A stretch of DNA of 32,000 nt, from NCBI GenBank assembly GCA_963850305.1, contig CAWKKR010000007.1, forward strand, positions 127,522 through 159,521, read 5' to 3'. Positions 1 through 10,294 of the stretch are shown one piece after another. Position 1 is the first letter of the stretch. The number at the start of each line of letters is the position of its first letter. Under the pieces are notes generated by a model, which saw nothing but the letters and a program-made list of their open reading frames with translations, ran no database searches and had not been told where the DNA came from. The position numbers and the translations under genes were made by a program. This DNA is from an uncultured delta proteobacterium. Lineage in GTDB: Bacteria > Myxococcota_A > Polyangia > Polyangiales > Polyangiaceae.

Positions 1-1
1 C

Positions 2-685
2 ATCGACGGGACGTACGGGCTCGATGACCATCCGACGCAATCGGGTGGTCCTTCGGAGCCCGACGCCGCAGCCGACGTGAATACGGCCATGGGGGGCACG
101 GCGACGGCGATTGTAGACGCCGGCAGGGGCGGCACGGCCGGAGCCGGCGGCAATGGCGTCGACTCGGACGCTCATCCAGCCGACGGGGACACGGGTGCTG
201 GTGGGGCGCTCGCCGACAGCGGCTGCGTGAGTTGCTGCAAGCCTGGGTCGTACGAGGGGTCCTTCACTGGAACGCACGCGCCGCAGATCACGTTCGTCGG
301 TGTTCCCCTTCCCGTCAGCGGAACCGTCTCCCTCACGGCCTCGGGCAGCAGTCCGCAGCTGGACGTGAGGGGCACCTTTTCCGGTACGATCGGAAGCACC
401 TGCACGCCGGGGATGACGGGCTCGTGTCCGTTCCCGGGCGGCCCGTTCGAAGAAACTCTCGTCGGCACACTCGATTGTCACAAGCAGCAGGTTACGGGTT
501 CGATCATCGCGGGCACGATCGTGAACGCGCCCGGAATCACGCTCGTCGGCACCTTCACGGCGAGCTTCGTCGGTCCGGGGGCACTCTCCGGAAATTGGAG
601 CGAACAGGAATCGCCCGGACCCGCGGTGCAAATCACACCCCAGGATGGAACTGGAAGCGGGAGCTGGGTCGCGACTCCGAACTGA
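2..685 (+). CDS. Partial (5' end outside window) Gly/Thr/Ser-rich secreted-type hypothetical protein
   Basis: The reading frame is open from nt 2, with no stop upstream of the ATG at 77 used by the ORF track, to the stop at 683-685. G/C third-position bias is strong. Composition is Cys-containing and G/T/S-rich. Overlapping antisense ORFs (172-468, 478-705) look like shadows. No family recognised. Confidence 0.5.
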   Translation: MDGTYGLDDHPTQSGGPSEPDAAADVNTAMGGTATAIVDAGRGGTAGAGGNGVDSDAHPADGDTGAGGALADSGCVSCCKPGSYEGSFTGTHAPQITFVGVPLPVSGTVSLTASGSSPQLDVRGTFSGTIGSTCTPGMTGSCPFPGGPFEETLVGTLDCHKQQVTGSIIAGTIVNAPGITLVGTFTASFVGPGALSGNWSEQESPGPAVQITPQDGTGSGSWVATPN

Positions 686-728
686 GCCAGCGGGCGATCC
701 CGCAAGAACAGCCGTCGTCATCCGTGGT

Positions 729-1427
729 TCATGGATCGAAGAGCCCTCTCGCGAGCGCGATGGGTTCGATGCACGCCGGGCCGTCGTGCCCAGGCTTGTT
801 CACCCAGGAGCTGACCGGAACGGCGACGAGCTCAGGAGACGTCGCGGCGAGGAGCCGCGAAAGTGTACCGGGATCGCGCGGTCCTGGAGCGAGCCATTCG
901 TCGTAGCTCGGTTCCGAAAGGATTGCGGGCATTCGGGAGTGGAGCTCCGCGACCGGTGCCACGGAGGGCTTCGTGACGACCGTGAACGTTTCCACAATCT
1001 CCCCGTCGTGCGACATCCACCGGTCCCAGAGCCCCGCCATCGCGAGAAGAGCGCGGTCGACCCGCGTGACATAATAGGGCTGCTTCCCTTTTTCGCGCCG
1101 TTGCCATTCGTAAAAGCCGTCCACTACGACGAGGCAGCGGCGCTCGCGGAAGGGGTCGCGGAACGTGTTTCGCTCCGCGAGAGTCTCCATGCGAGCGTTG
1201 ATGAGCTGGTGGGCAATCGACGATTCTCGCGACCACGAGGGCACGAGGCCCCAGCGCAGTAGATCGATGCGACGACCCTCCGTTGCCGACAGAACGCGAA
1301 CCACCGGAACGATGTCGCTCGGCGCAACGTTGTATCTCGGGCGGACGTCGAGTCGAGCCGGAACGCCGGTGATGCTGAACTCGCGGTGGAGGCGCGCCGG
1401 ATCGGCCTGGCTGAAGCGACCACACAC
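729..1427 (-). CDS. yedK: SOS-response-associated peptidase (SRAP / YedK / HMCES family), abasic-site processing protein
   Basis: 232-aa ORF starting MCGRF, with the catalytic Cys directly after Met. RYNVAPS, LRWGLVPSW, INARMETL and VVVDGFYEW blocks are typical of SRAP domains. Confidence 0.88.
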   Translation of the reverse strand: MCGRFSQADPARLHREFSITGVPARLDVRPRYNVAPSDIVPVVRVLSATEGRRIDLLRWGLVPSWSRESSIAHQLINARMETLAERNTFRDPFRERRCLVVVDGFYEWQRREKGKQPYYVTRVDRALLAMAGLWDRWMSHDGEIVETFTVVTKPSVAPVAELHSRMPAILSEPSYDEWLAPGPRDPGTLSRLLAATSPELVAVPVSSWVNKPGHDGPACIEPIALARGLFDP

Positions 1428-1540
1428 CCCATCAACATAACAGCGGATGCGCCGCGAGTGCGCGTTTACGGATGCCGCCGAGTACGGCTAAGCTCCCGGG
1501 TTCCCATGCCCCTCGCTCGCTCGAAATCGCAGTCTTCTCG

Positions 1541-4273
1541 ATGACGCCAGAAACGGACGACCGCGAGAGGGAACGTCTCGCGGAAGATGAGGCCCGCCAG
1601 AAGAACTGGAAGCGCTGGGGGCCGTACCTCTCGGAACGTCAGTGGGGCACCGTGCGCGAGGACTACTCGGACGCCGGGGATTCGTGGGAGTATTTCCCGC
1701 ACGAGCAGGCGCGAAGTCGTGCCTACCGGTGGGGTGAGGACGGGCTGCTCGGTATCTGCGATCGGCAAGCACGACTCTGCTTCGCGTTCGCCCTCTGGAA
1801 CGAGAAGGACCCGATTCTCAAGGAGCGCCTGTTCGGGCTGACCGGCCCGGAGGGTAACCACGGCGAGGACGTCAAGGAGCTCTATTATTACCTCGATGCG
1901 ACGCCCACGAGCTCGTATCTGAAGGCGCTCTACAAGTACCCGCAGGCGGCGTTCCCTTACGAGTTGCTCCTGGCGGAGAACCGCAAGCGGAGCCGGCTGC
2001 AGCCCGAATACGAGGTCGTCGACACCGGTGTCTTCGACGAAAGCCGTTACTTCGACGTCCTCGTCGAATACGCGAAGGTGGCCCCCGACGACATTTTGAT
2101 TTCTCTCACGGTCTCGAATCGCGGGCCCGAGAGAGCGTCGCTTCACGTGCTCCCGACACTCTGGTTCCGGAACACGTGGGTCTGGGGACGTACGGGGGAG
2201 GGCTACTCGACGCGACCGGAGATTGTCCGGACGAGTCCGACGAGCGTCACGGCGCACCATCCGGAGTTCGACGAAATGCAGCTCTGCTTCGATCTAGCCG
2301 ACGGAGCAGCTCCGGAGCTCCTCTTCACCGAGAACGAAACGAATGCAAAGCGCCTCTTCGGCTCGGTTTCGGTCGCGCCGCACACCAAAGACGCCTTTCA
2401 CGACTACGTCGTCGCGAAGGACGTCCAGGCCGTCAACGCCGACGGTCGTGGCACGAAGGTGGCTGCGCATTATCGACTGTCGCTCCAGGCGGGCGCGTCC
2501 ATGACGTTGCGCGCGCGCCTTTCGAGCACTCACACGGGAGTCACGGCGCCGTTCGACGGCCGGTTCGCCTCCGAGTTTTCCGCGCGGAAGAGCGAAGCGG
2601 ACGCGTTTTACGCCTCCGTGCTGCCCAGGAACGCGACGCCGGACGAACTGGAGATCGCGCGACAGGCTCATGCCGGGCTCTTCTGGTCGAAGCAATTCTA
2701 TCACTACGCCGTCGATCAGTGGATCGACGGCGATCCGCCGTGGCCCCGGTCCCCCGCGGCGCGACCCCTCGCTCGAAACCAGCAGTGGCGTCACGTCTAC
2801 TGCAGGGACGTCATCTCGATGCCGGACAAGTGGGAGTACCCGTGGTTCGCCGCGTGGGATCTCGCGTTCCATATGCTGCCGTTCGCGCGGACGGATCCGA
2901 ACTTCGCAAAAGATCAGCTCATCCTCCTGCTCCGCGAGTGGTACATGCACCCGAACGGGCAGATCCCCGCCTACGAGTTCGCCTTCGGGGACGTCAATCC
3001 GCCGGTTCACGCGTGGGCGGCGTTTCGAGTTTACAAGATGTCGGCGCCGCGCGGGCATCGCGACGTGAAGTTTCTCGCGCGAACCTTCCAGAAGCTTCTC
3101 TTGAACTTCACATGGTGGGTGAATCGAAAGGACGAGCAGGGCAACAACCTCTTTGCCGGAGGATTTCTCGGGCTCGACAACATCGGGATCTTCGATCGCT
3201 CGAAGCCATTGCCCACCGGTGGATACCTCGAACAGGCCGACGGAACGGCGTGGATGGCGTTCTACTCGGCGACGATGCTTTCGATCGCTCTCGAGCTGGC
3301 TCAGTTCGATCGTGCGTACGAGGACATGGCGTCGAAGTTTTTCGAACACTTCGTGGCAATCGTCGACGCGATGAACACGTTCGGCGGGACCGGTCTCTGG
3401 GACGAGGTCGACGGCTTCTATTACGACCAGCTTCACGTGCACGGTAATCCGATACCGCTCCGGACTCGTTCGATGGTCGGTGTGATCCCGCTCTTCGCGG
3501 TCGGCGTGCTCGAAGACGAGGTCATCAATCACCTGCCGGGATTCAAGAAGCGACTGGAGTGGTTTCTGGAAAACCGCCGTGATCTGTCGGCCCACATTTC
3601 CTACCTCGAGCACGATCACGAAGACTGCGGCCGCCGGCTTCTCGCCGTCCCGTCGCGGGAACGGCTTGAACGCGTGCTCCGATACGTGCTCGACGAGAAA
3701 GAATTCCTTTCACCGCACGGCGTGCGCTCGCTCAGCCGCGTCCATCTCGAGCACCCATTCGTTCTCGACGTGGAAGGCGTCGAGCACCGGGTGGCGTACA
3801 CGCCGGGGGATTCCGACAGCTGGCTCTTTGGCGGCAATTCCAACTGGCGCGGGCCCGTCTGGTTCCCGCTCAACTACCTTCTGGTCGAGGCCCTGGAGCG
3901 GTACCACCACTTCTATGGCGATGGGCTCCGCGTCGAATGCCCCGCCGGATCCGGTCGACTGATGAACCTGGACCAGGTGGCGGGGGAGATCGCGGCACGG
4001 CTCTCGAACATCTTTCTTCCACGCGCGGACGGATCGCGACCCTGCCACGGAGACGATCGGCGCTACGCCACCGATCCGAACTTTCGCGATCTCCTCCTCT
4101 TCAACGAATACTTCAATGGGGACGACGGTCGGGGCGTCGGCGCGACGCACCAGACGGGGTGGACCGCCCTCGTCGTCGGCTGTCTCGAGGGTGTCGCGCA
4201 GCGCCGCGCGGGCACACCCCGCGCAACGTCGCTGGCCCCGCCCGTTCCGCCTCGCTCAGCGCGCGAGCAGTGA
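1541..4273 (+). CDS. GH63-like glucosidase / MGH1-like glycoside hydrolase
   Basis: Large ORF (track start 1472); I prefer ATG 1541 (MTPETDD...). WKRWGPYLSERQWGTVREDYS, YRWGEDGLLGICD, LWNEKDPILKERLFGL and GGNSNWRGPVWFPLNYL blocks match the bacterial GH63-type 'glucosidase' family as I remember it. The long antisense ORFs 1466-2260 and 2294-3619 are shadows. Confidence 0.82.
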   Translation: MTPETDDRERERLAEDEARQKNWKRWGPYLSERQWGTVREDYSDAGDSWEYFPHEQARSRAYRWGEDGLLGICDRQARLCFAFALWNEKDPILKERLFGLTGPEGNHGEDVKELYYYLDATPTSSYLKALYKYPQAAFPYELLLAENRKRSRLQPEYEVVDTGVFDESRYFDVLVEYAKVAPDDILISLTVSNRGPERASLHVLPTLWFRNTWVWGRTGEGYSTRPEIVRTSPTSVTAHHPEFDEMQLCFDLADGAAPELLFTENETNAKRLFGSVSVAPHTKDAFHDYVVAKDVQAVNADGRGTKVAAHYRLSLQAGASMTLRARLSSTHTGVTAPFDGRFASEFSARKSEADAFYASVLPRNATPDELEIARQAHAGLFWSKQFYHYAVDQWIDGDPPWPRSPAARPLARNQQWRHVYCRDVISMPDKWEYPWFAAWDLAFHMLPFARTDPNFAKDQLILLLREWYMHPNGQIPAYEFAFGDVNPPVHAWAAFRVYKMSAPRGHRDVKFLARTFQKLLLNFTWWVNRKDEQGNNLFAGGFLGLDNIGIFDRSKPLPTGGYLEQADGTAWMAFYSATMLSIALELAQFDRAYEDMASKFFEHFVAIVDAMNTFGGTGLWDEVDGFYYDQLHVHGNPIPLRTRSMVGVIPLFAVGVLEDEVINHLPGFKKRLEWFLENRRDLSAHISYLEHDHEDCGRRLLAVPSRERLERVLRYVLDEKEFLSPHGVRSLSRVHLEHPFVLDVEGVEHRVAYTPGDSDSWLFGGNSNWRGPVWFPLNYLLVEALERYHHFYGDGLRVECPAGSGRLMNLDQVAGEIAARLSNIFLPRADGSRPCHGDDRRYATDPNFRDLLLFNEYFNGDDGRGVGATHQTGWTALVVGCLEGVAQRRAGTPRATSLAPPVPPRSAREQ

Positions 4274-4918
4274 ACCAAGCCGGGCGCGGACGTCCGGCCA
4301 TTCTGCGCGGATGATCGAGAAGAACGCCGAATCTCGCACGATGCCGTCCGTTGCGGGCTTGTCCGCGCGCCGGATCCCCTCGAACGTCGCCCCGAGTCGG
4401 ACGATCGCGTTCCGCGAACGCTGGTTTCGCGCGTCCGTACGGAGTGCCACACGATGCACGTCCCACACGTCGAACGCGTGGGTGAGGAGGAGTAACTTCG
4501 CTTCCGTGTTACAAGGTGTGCGCTGTGCGGATGCGGCGAGCCACGTGTGGCCGATCTCGACGACGTCCGGTCGATTCACACGGCAGAACGGTGAATCCAC
4601 CGGCCATTCCCACGACTGAAGGTCCCAAAAGCTCGTGCTCCCGACGACTCGTGAGCGCCAGACTATCGTGAACGGAATTCGGAGTCCGGCGCTTCTGTCG
4701 CGGAGGGCTCGTTCGACGTAGCGAGCCGCGCCTTCGACGCCGTCCGGGACGGGACTGAGCCCGTAGTGTTCACGCGACTCGGCTGCTGCGACGGAAAGGG
4801 GCTTGGCGTCCGCCATCGAGAGCGGTCGGAGCACGATCTCCGGCCCTTCGAGCACGATCGGCGACGCTGCGAAATGTTCCACGCCAGGTCGACTACAACC
4901 TCGCTCCTTGTTCGTCAA
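4256..4918 (-). CDS. GNAT family N-acetyltransferase (RimJ/RimL-like)
   Basis: IVLRPLSMADAKPL N-terminal block, VVEIGHTWL, NTEAKLLLLTHAF, HRV.LRTDARNQRSRNAI.RLGA.FEG and AEW tail are typical of RimJ-like GNATs. The start may be the in-frame GTG at 4882 rather than 4918. The 3' end overlaps the convergent GH63 gene by 18 nt. Confidence 0.8.
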   Translation of the reverse strand: MTNKERGCSRPGVEHFAASPIVLEGPEIVLRPLSMADAKPLSVAAAESREHYGLSPVPDGVEGAARYVERALRDRSAGLRIPFTIVWRSRVVGSTSFWDLQSWEWPVDSPFCRVNRPDVVEIGHTWLAASAQRTPCNTEAKLLLLTHAFDVWDVHRVALRTDARNQRSRNAIVRLGATFEGIRRADKPATDGIVRDSAFFSIIRAEWPDVRARLGSLLAR

Positions 4919-4959
4919 CGGTGTCGCGGTCGTCTATGCTGTCGTCGAAAGGCGGGAAC

Positions 4960-6096
4960 ATGAGCGGCGGCGAACACATCATCCTCGTGCCTGGTCTCTT
5001 CGGGTTTTCGAGCATCGCGGGTATCGACTATTTCGCCGAAGCCGCGAAGATTCTCTCGCGAGCATGCGAGATACCCCTCGCCAACATCGAGACGTTACCG
5101 ACGCCGCCCACCGGATCCTTCTGGCGGCGCGTCGATACCCTCCACGCATGCGTCCAGAAGATGGTTCGCGCCGAGGCGGCGAAGATCCATCTCGTCGGGC
5201 ACTCGACGGGTGGCGTGGATGTCCGGTTGCTCACGAACTCGAGGTATCTCTGGCCCGGCGGGCCCGAAGGAAGGGCGCGGACGGCCTTTTTCGACCGGGT
5301 TGGCGCGGTCATCTCCATCTCCGCGCCCCACCAGGGAACCCCGATCGCACGAAGGTTTCGTGGGAAGATGGAATCGTCGATCCCGTTCTTGTTCGGGATC
5401 AGCGTGCTCGCGAAGCTCGGCACTGGCTTTCTGAGCCACCTGAAGAATCTCGAGCTCGAAGCCGCGCTCGCGGTTGCCCTCACGACCGACTCCGACAAAC
5501 CGCTGAACATGAGAATGCTCAGGGCCGCGGCAGGCGGCGCCGGTGCAGAGCTCGCGGACTTTCTCGCGCAGATTGTCGAAGATCACCCGTTGATTCACGA
5601 GCTCACCCCGTTTGCCATGGGCAAGCTGAATGCCAAGCTCGAAGGTGCCGACGACCAGCTCGAGGTCACCAACTTCGTCACGGTTGCGCCACCACCCTCC
5701 GTCCACGCTGCGGACTTCAAGATTGGACAGCTGGTCGCACCGATCCAGAGGGTCCTCTATTTCGCGTCGTTCGAGGGGGCGCGGCTCGAGCCGGATGAAT
5801 TCGGGCAGCTCCCCGATGCCCCATGGATCGGCATTCCGGAGAACCTCGACCGTTTCCGTCACGTCGCCCAGGACGGCGTCGTTCCTGCCGCGTCTCAGAC
5901 GCACGATGGCCACGCGGCGGCTTTGATCTACGGTGACCACCTGGACGTGGTCGGGCACTACGTGGGCGCCGCGCACGGGGGCGAAACCGTCTTCGACTCC
6001 GGTGCGAACTTCGACGACGCGAGGATGGAAGCGACCTGGAAGGCCGTCGGCGCCGCGATCCGTGCGAAGCGCAACGCGCCTTCCGACCGGCAGTGA
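4960..6096 (+). CDS. Alpha/beta hydrolase, lipase/esterase-like
   Basis: IILVPGLFGF followed by the nucleophile elbow HLVGHSTGG (GxSxG) and ISAPHQGTP. ATG 4960 is preceded by AAAGGCGGG; alternative in-frame starts are at 4921 and 4936. No signal peptide seen. Confidence 0.75.
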   Translation: MSGGEHIILVPGLFGFSSIAGIDYFAEAAKILSRACEIPLANIETLPTPPTGSFWRRVDTLHACVQKMVRAEAAKIHLVGHSTGGVDVRLLTNSRYLWPGGPEGRARTAFFDRVGAVISISAPHQGTPIARRFRGKMESSIPFLFGISVLAKLGTGFLSHLKNLELEAALAVALTTDSDKPLNMRMLRAAAGGAGAELADFLAQIVEDHPLIHELTPFAMGKLNAKLEGADDQLEVTNFVTVAPPPSVHAADFKIGQLVAPIQRVLYFASFEGARLEPDEFGQLPDAPWIGIPENLDRFRHVAQDGVVPAASQTHDGHAAALIYGDHLDVVGHYVGAAHGGETVFDSGANFDDARMEATWKAVGAAIRAKRNAPSDRQ

Positions 6097-6210
6097 CTAC
6101 CCGGAGTCGAGAAGAAAGCGCCCGCGATCGACTCGCCGTAAAGGAAGACGGAGAATGCGCGCTTCTGACGATTTGTTGGGGTTTGTTTTTGCGACTATGC
6201 TCCGTCGCGT

Positions 6211-7089
6211 TTGAACGTCGCGAAACGGCACTCCAGGGATCCAGCGCTCGGTGACGTGCTGACGCTGACGGACGGCGCGGCGGGCGGTAGTTCCGTCGAG
6301 CTTTTTCCGGGACGCGGGGCGCTGGTCACGTCCTTCCGCGTCGGCGGCCGAGAGCTCCTCTATCTCGACGCCTCGACGCTGCACGACCTTTCGAAGAACG
6401 TTCGCGGAGGGATTCCGATCCTGTTCCCGGCGCCAGGCAAGCTCGACCACGACGAGTGGCGCCAGGGTGGTCACCGCGGCTCGATGAAGCAGCACGGTTT
6501 TGCGCGGAATCTCGCGTGGACGGTCGAGAAAACCGGGGTGGCTCCGTCGCCGTTCGCGACGCTCTCTCTGGCGTCATCCGACGTTACGCGTGCCCAATAC
6601 CCCTGGGACTTTCAGGCGACGTTCACGTTCGTCCTGCGGGGCCCGAGTCTTCGCGTCGAGCAGACGATCGCGAACACGGGCGGCGAGCGGATGCCGTTCG
6701 GTATCGGATTTCATCCATACTTCGGCGTGTCGGATAAGGCGCACGCTCGGATCGACACCCGGGCCACGCGCGCGTTCGACAACGTCACGAAGACGGAGGT
6801 CCCGTTCGAGGGGTTCGAGCTCACCGCGCCCGAACTCGACATTCATCTCCTCGATCACGGCAGCACGGCGAGCGCGCTTCACTTGCCCGACGGATCGCGG
6901 ATCGACGTTGCCGGGTCGTCGAGCTTCACGCACTTCGTCGTATGGACGCTCGCGGGCAAGGATTTCGTCTGTCTCGAGCCGTGGACGATGCCAGGGAACG
7001 CGCTCAACACTGGCGATCGCTTGCTCTGGCTCGACCCGGGCGCGTCGCAAACGTCGTGGATCGAGCTTGCGTTCGTCGCGTCGGTCTGA
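6211..7089 (+). CDS. Aldose 1-epimerase family protein (galactose mutarotase-like fold)
   Basis: GGIPILFP, KQHGFARN, W.F...F.L, FGIGFHPYF and CLEPWT motifs characteristic of the aldose-epimerase superfamily. The track start 6211 is TTG; the in-frame GTG at 6256 (LTLTDG...) is an equally plausible start. Confidence 0.8.
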   Translation: MNVAKRHSRDPALGDVLTLTDGAAGGSSVELFPGRGALVTSFRVGGRELLYLDASTLHDLSKNVRGGIPILFPAPGKLDHDEWRQGGHRGSMKQHGFARNLAWTVEKTGVAPSPFATLSLASSDVTRAQYPWDFQATFTFVLRGPSLRVEQTIANTGGERMPFGIGFHPYFGVSDKAHARIDTRATRAFDNVTKTEVPFEGFELTAPELDIHLLDHGSTASALHLPDGSRIDVAGSSSFTHFVVWTLAGKDFVCLEPWTMPGNALNTGDRLLWLDPGASQTSWIELAFVASV

Positions 7090-7112
7090 CGCTTGCGCAG
7101 CCGGGCGATTGC

Positions 7113-8306
7113 CTAGGGCGCTGGCAATCGGGTGCGGACGTCCGCGCAGGTGGCATTGTCCGGCATCCGGACGGAAATCATTTTCCCGGGTCCCGATGGC
7201 GTGAACACCGGACGGTTCTCGTCGATGAACCCCGACTGCGATGACGTGCACGTCGTGCCGCCCTGGACGTGACAGCCGATGATGCTCGAGTCGATCGCCG
7301 CCACGCCACCGGGCGCGGCGATCGTCACCGCGCCGTCGAGCTCGTCGCAGCTCGTCAGCGTCCCGCTCAGCGACATGACGGTTCGCTGCGCCAGGTAAAG
7401 TTGATCCGCAAGCGGTGTTCCGGGGAAGGGAATGCTCGTCGGTGGGTAGCTGTAACCGGGGCCGGTCGCGGGAATGATGGTGACTCCAGGGTTCTGGTCC
7501 TTGTCCTCATCCACTTCATTGACCGACGCCGTTCCCGGCCACTGCGCGGTCGCGGCATTGTCGAGGGTCAAGCCGATCAGATAGGCAAATGGGTTGGTCG
7601 TGAAACCGAACCCGGAGGGAGTGATCGTCACCGAGATCGTGAATGCGGTCGGCGGGATGTTCCCGCTGTCGAAGATGGTGTCCGGAAACCGAATACCGAA
7701 GGCCGATGCCCCACCGAAGATGTTCGTCTGGAAATCGGGGGTGGTGATGCCGCATGGCACCGAGGATGCGGTGACGGATCCCCCGGGCGTCGCCTGAGTT
7801 TCGCGCGAGAGCACCCACTGGTTCAGCGTTCCCTGGCTCGCGATGATCGCGATCGTGGCGGGCCACGTGACCGGAACCTGACCGAACGTCGCCCAGGTGC
7901 CCGTGAAATTGCAGAGAAGAGGATTGAACGCGCCCGCATCGCTTCCCGTCCCTGTCGACACTCCACCGGTGCCGAGCGCGTTCGTGAACCCGCCCGTGCT
8001 CGTGAACCCGCCCGTGTTCGAGAAGCCGCCTGCGCCACTGGCAATTGCGAATCCCCCGCTGCCGTCAAAGAACCCGCTGGAACCACCTGCGAAGTCCGGT
8101 CCCGCGCCGCCGGCGCTCATTGATGTGCCACCCTCGGAACGGGGATCCGTCTCGTATGAGGGGGACCCTCCGAAGAGCCCTACGCCGCTAGACGATCCAC
8201 ATGCCGATACGGCCAGCAACGTGACGAGCGCCGGAGCAAAATGGCGAAATGACAACACGGAGCGCTTCAACTTTCCCGATCGGTGATCATGGCACCAATT
8301 GCCCAC
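7113..8306 (-). CDS. Hypothetical lipoprotein with Gly-rich spacer
   Basis: The N-terminus carries a lipoprotein-type signal (APALVTLLAVSAC/GSSSG). It is followed by GGF(S/T)-type Gly-rich repeats and a beta-rich domain. High GC3. The exact start is uncertain (ATG 8306 or a downstream in-frame GTG). No family recognised. Confidence 0.6.
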   Translation of the reverse strand: MGNWCHDHRSGKLKRSVLSFRHFAPALVTLLAVSACGSSSGVGLFGGSPSYETDPRSEGGTSMSAGGAGPDFAGGSSGFFDGSGGFAIASGAGGFSNTGGFTSTGGFTNALGTGGVSTGTGSDAGAFNPLLCNFTGTWATFGQVPVTWPATIAIIASQGTLNQWVLSRETQATPGGSVTASSVPCGITTPDFQTNIFGGASAFGIRFPDTIFDSGNIPPTAFTISVTITPSGFGFTTNPFAYLIGLTLDNAATAQWPGTASVNEVDEDKDQNPGVTIIPATGPGYSYPPTSIPFPGTPLADQLYLAQRTVMSLSGTLTSCDELDGAVTIAAPGGVAAIDSSIIGCHVQGGTTCTSSQSGFIDENRPVFTPSGPGKMISVRMPDNATCADVRTRLPAP

Positions 8307-8379
8307 TCAGGGAACGTCGAACCACGTCCGAAGCCATGCCCCGGAGCTCATCGCCGCAATGCGTAATGCCGTCGAGCCC

Positions 8380-8718
8380 TCACCCGCGCGCCTTCACGAT
8401 CAGGTAACGGAGCGGCTCCGTCTCCGATGAATTGGTCAATGCGAGCACGGAACCGAGCGGCAAATACACGACTTCCCCGGCGGTCAACGGATGGAGACCT
8501 CCATCCACGCTCGCCTCGCCCTGCCCCTCGAGTCCGATGACGACCTCCGGGAACTCTTGCTGCGCGTGCCGACCGACCGAGCCTCCAGGCTCGAGCTCGC
8601 ACGACAGGACCGCCGTGAAAGGGGGGGCTGCGACGGAAAGGAGATTCCATACGTGCACGGCGCCGTGGCCTCCGAACAGGTTTGCGTGAACGAGCGGCGC
8701 GCCCTTCTGAATCCTCAT
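8380..8718 (-). CDS. Cupin domain protein
   Basis: 112-aa ORF with a cupin-like G.S.G.H.H...E....L.G.G core (EPGGSVGRHAQQEFPEVVIGLEGQGEASVDG ... GEVVYLP). It lies between msrBA and the lipoprotein gene on the same strand. Confidence 0.7.
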   Translation of the reverse strand: MRIQKGAPLVHANLFGGHGAVHVWNLLSVAAPPFTAVLSCELEPGGSVGRHAQQEFPEVVIGLEGQGEASVDGGLHPLTAGEVVYLPLGSVLALTNSSETEPLRYLIVKARG

Positions 8719-8800
8719 TGCCCCAGGGTAATCCGCGCTGTCCGAAATGCGCCAGGGTTCACCCCTTCCTGCGTCACCGCCGTCGCCGATGGCTCGAGCG

Positions 8801-10033
8801 CTAGAGCGACGTCTTCGAGAAATCTCGGAGGTAGTGGCAGGTGTAACCGCCCGGGTTCTTCTCGAGGTAGTGCTGGTGGTACTCCTCCGCGCGCGTGAAC
8901 GGACCTGCGGGAACGACCTGCGTCACGACGGGAGCGGGCCACTCGTGGCTCGCGTCCACCTTCTTCTTCACGCGCTCCGCCGTTTCGAGCTGGGCAGCCG
9001 ACGTCGCGAAGATTGCCGACCGATACTGCGACCCGATGTCGTTCCCCTGCTGGTTCGGGAGCGTCGGATCGTGCATCCGGAAAAACCACTTTTCGAGCAA
9101 ATCCTCGTAGGACAGCTTCTTCGGATCGAAGATCACGCGCACGGATTCGGCGTCCCCGGTCGTCCCGGTGTGCACGTCTTCGTACGTCACGCCGGCCTTG
9201 CCGCCCTCGTAGCCGACCTCCGTCGAGACCACGCCGGGGATCTTGCGCAAGATTTCCTCCATTCCCCAGAAGCAACCGCCTGCGAGGATCGCCGTGTCGA
9301 GCGTCGCGGTGCATCCCGGCTTCTGTCCGGGCGCGGGCGTCGTGCAGCTGTTGCCGTCGGTGGCCGACGTCGGGGGCTCCGGTGCGTTCGTCGCAGCACT
9401 CGGTCCGAAGAGCGGCAAGTAAGCCCCGTAACCCTGCGCGGCGAGATCGTTCACGCGGATGAACCGGAGCGCGGCGGAGTTGATGCAGTAGCGTAGTCCC
9501 GTCGGCGGCGGCCCATCGTCGAACACGTGACCGAGGTGCGACTGGCCGTCGCGCGAACGCACCTCGGTGCGCTCCATCCCGAGCGTGCTGTCGGTGTGCT
9601 TGACGATGTGCGCCGGGTCCACCGGGCGGCTGAAGCTCGGCCAGCCCGTGCCGGAATCGAACTTGTCGCGCGAGCTGAACAGCGGCTCGCCGCTGGCCAC
9701 ATCGACGTAGAGCCCCTCTTCGTGATTGTCCCAGTACTGATTCGCAAACGGAGGCTCGGTTGCAGCGTTCTGCGTCACTTCATACGAGAGCGGCGCGAGC
9801 ATGCGCTTCAGCTCTTCGTCCGTCGGCTTCCGATAAGTGCGTGCCGTCACGGTAACTGGAGCCGCGGCCGTCGTGGGAGCAGATGGGGGCGACGGGGTGC
9901 TGGTCGCAGCAACGGGTTCCGGCAGAGGTGCGGCGCGTTGTGCGCAGCCGGTTGCAAGCGCGACGAAGAGCAGGCTGAACAGCCGAAGGAATCGAGGAAC
10001 GGCCTTTTCGGTTCCGGTGAACCAGATCCACAT
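8801..10033 (-). CDS. msrAB: Exported bifunctional methionine sulfoxide reductase, MsrB domain followed by MsrA domain (lipoprotein signal)
   Basis: Signal plus lipobox (LFVALATGC). MsrB block (SGTGWPSF ... [21 protein letters not shown]), a Cys-containing linker, then the MsrA block (GGCFWGMEE ... [10 protein letters not shown] ... EEYHQHYL). Confidence 0.9.
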   Translation of the reverse strand: MWIWFTGTEKAVPRFLRLFSLLFVALATGCAQRAAPLPEPVAATSTPSPPSAPTTAAAPVTVTARTYRKPTDEELKRMLAPLSYEVTQNAATEPPFANQYWDNHEEGLYVDVASGEPLFSSRDKFDSGTGWPSFSRPVDPAHIVKHTDSTLGMERTEVRSRDGQSHLGHVFDDGPPPTGLRYCINSAALRFIRVNDLAAQGYGAYLPLFGPSAATNAPEPPTSATDGNSCTTPAPGQKPGCTATLDTAILAGGCFWGMEEILRKIPGVVSTEVGYEGGKAGVTYEDVHTGTTGDAESVRVIFDPKKLSYEDLLEKWFFRMHDPTLPNQQGNDIGSQYRSAIFATSAAQLETAERVKKKVDASHEWPAPVVTQVVPAGPFTRAEEYHQHYLEKNPGGYTCHYLRDFSKTSL

Positions 10034-10294
10034 GACTGGCGTACGGGGAAGGGGGCGATCCTGTTACAGGTCGAGTCGAGACCAACCGCGCACGCAAACT
10101 CGATGTACCAGGGCGCGACCGGGAGACTCGTGCATCGGTAGGTCGGGGGTAACATGGGGGCCGGCGCATCGGTCCAGGTCGTCCCCGGATGCCCCACCGA
10201 GGAAGCGCCGGTACACCGAGACATTCATGCAAAAAGGCACGCGCGTGAGTCCCGTGGCTGGCCCCGGCCCCCGGGAGACCTTACGCTGGCGGAA

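Noticed and set aside
4960-6096. Lipase-like hydrolase as the client of the LMF homologue
   Set aside because: It is 8 kb away in a different transcription unit and lacks any export signal. There is no sequence-based reason to link the two.
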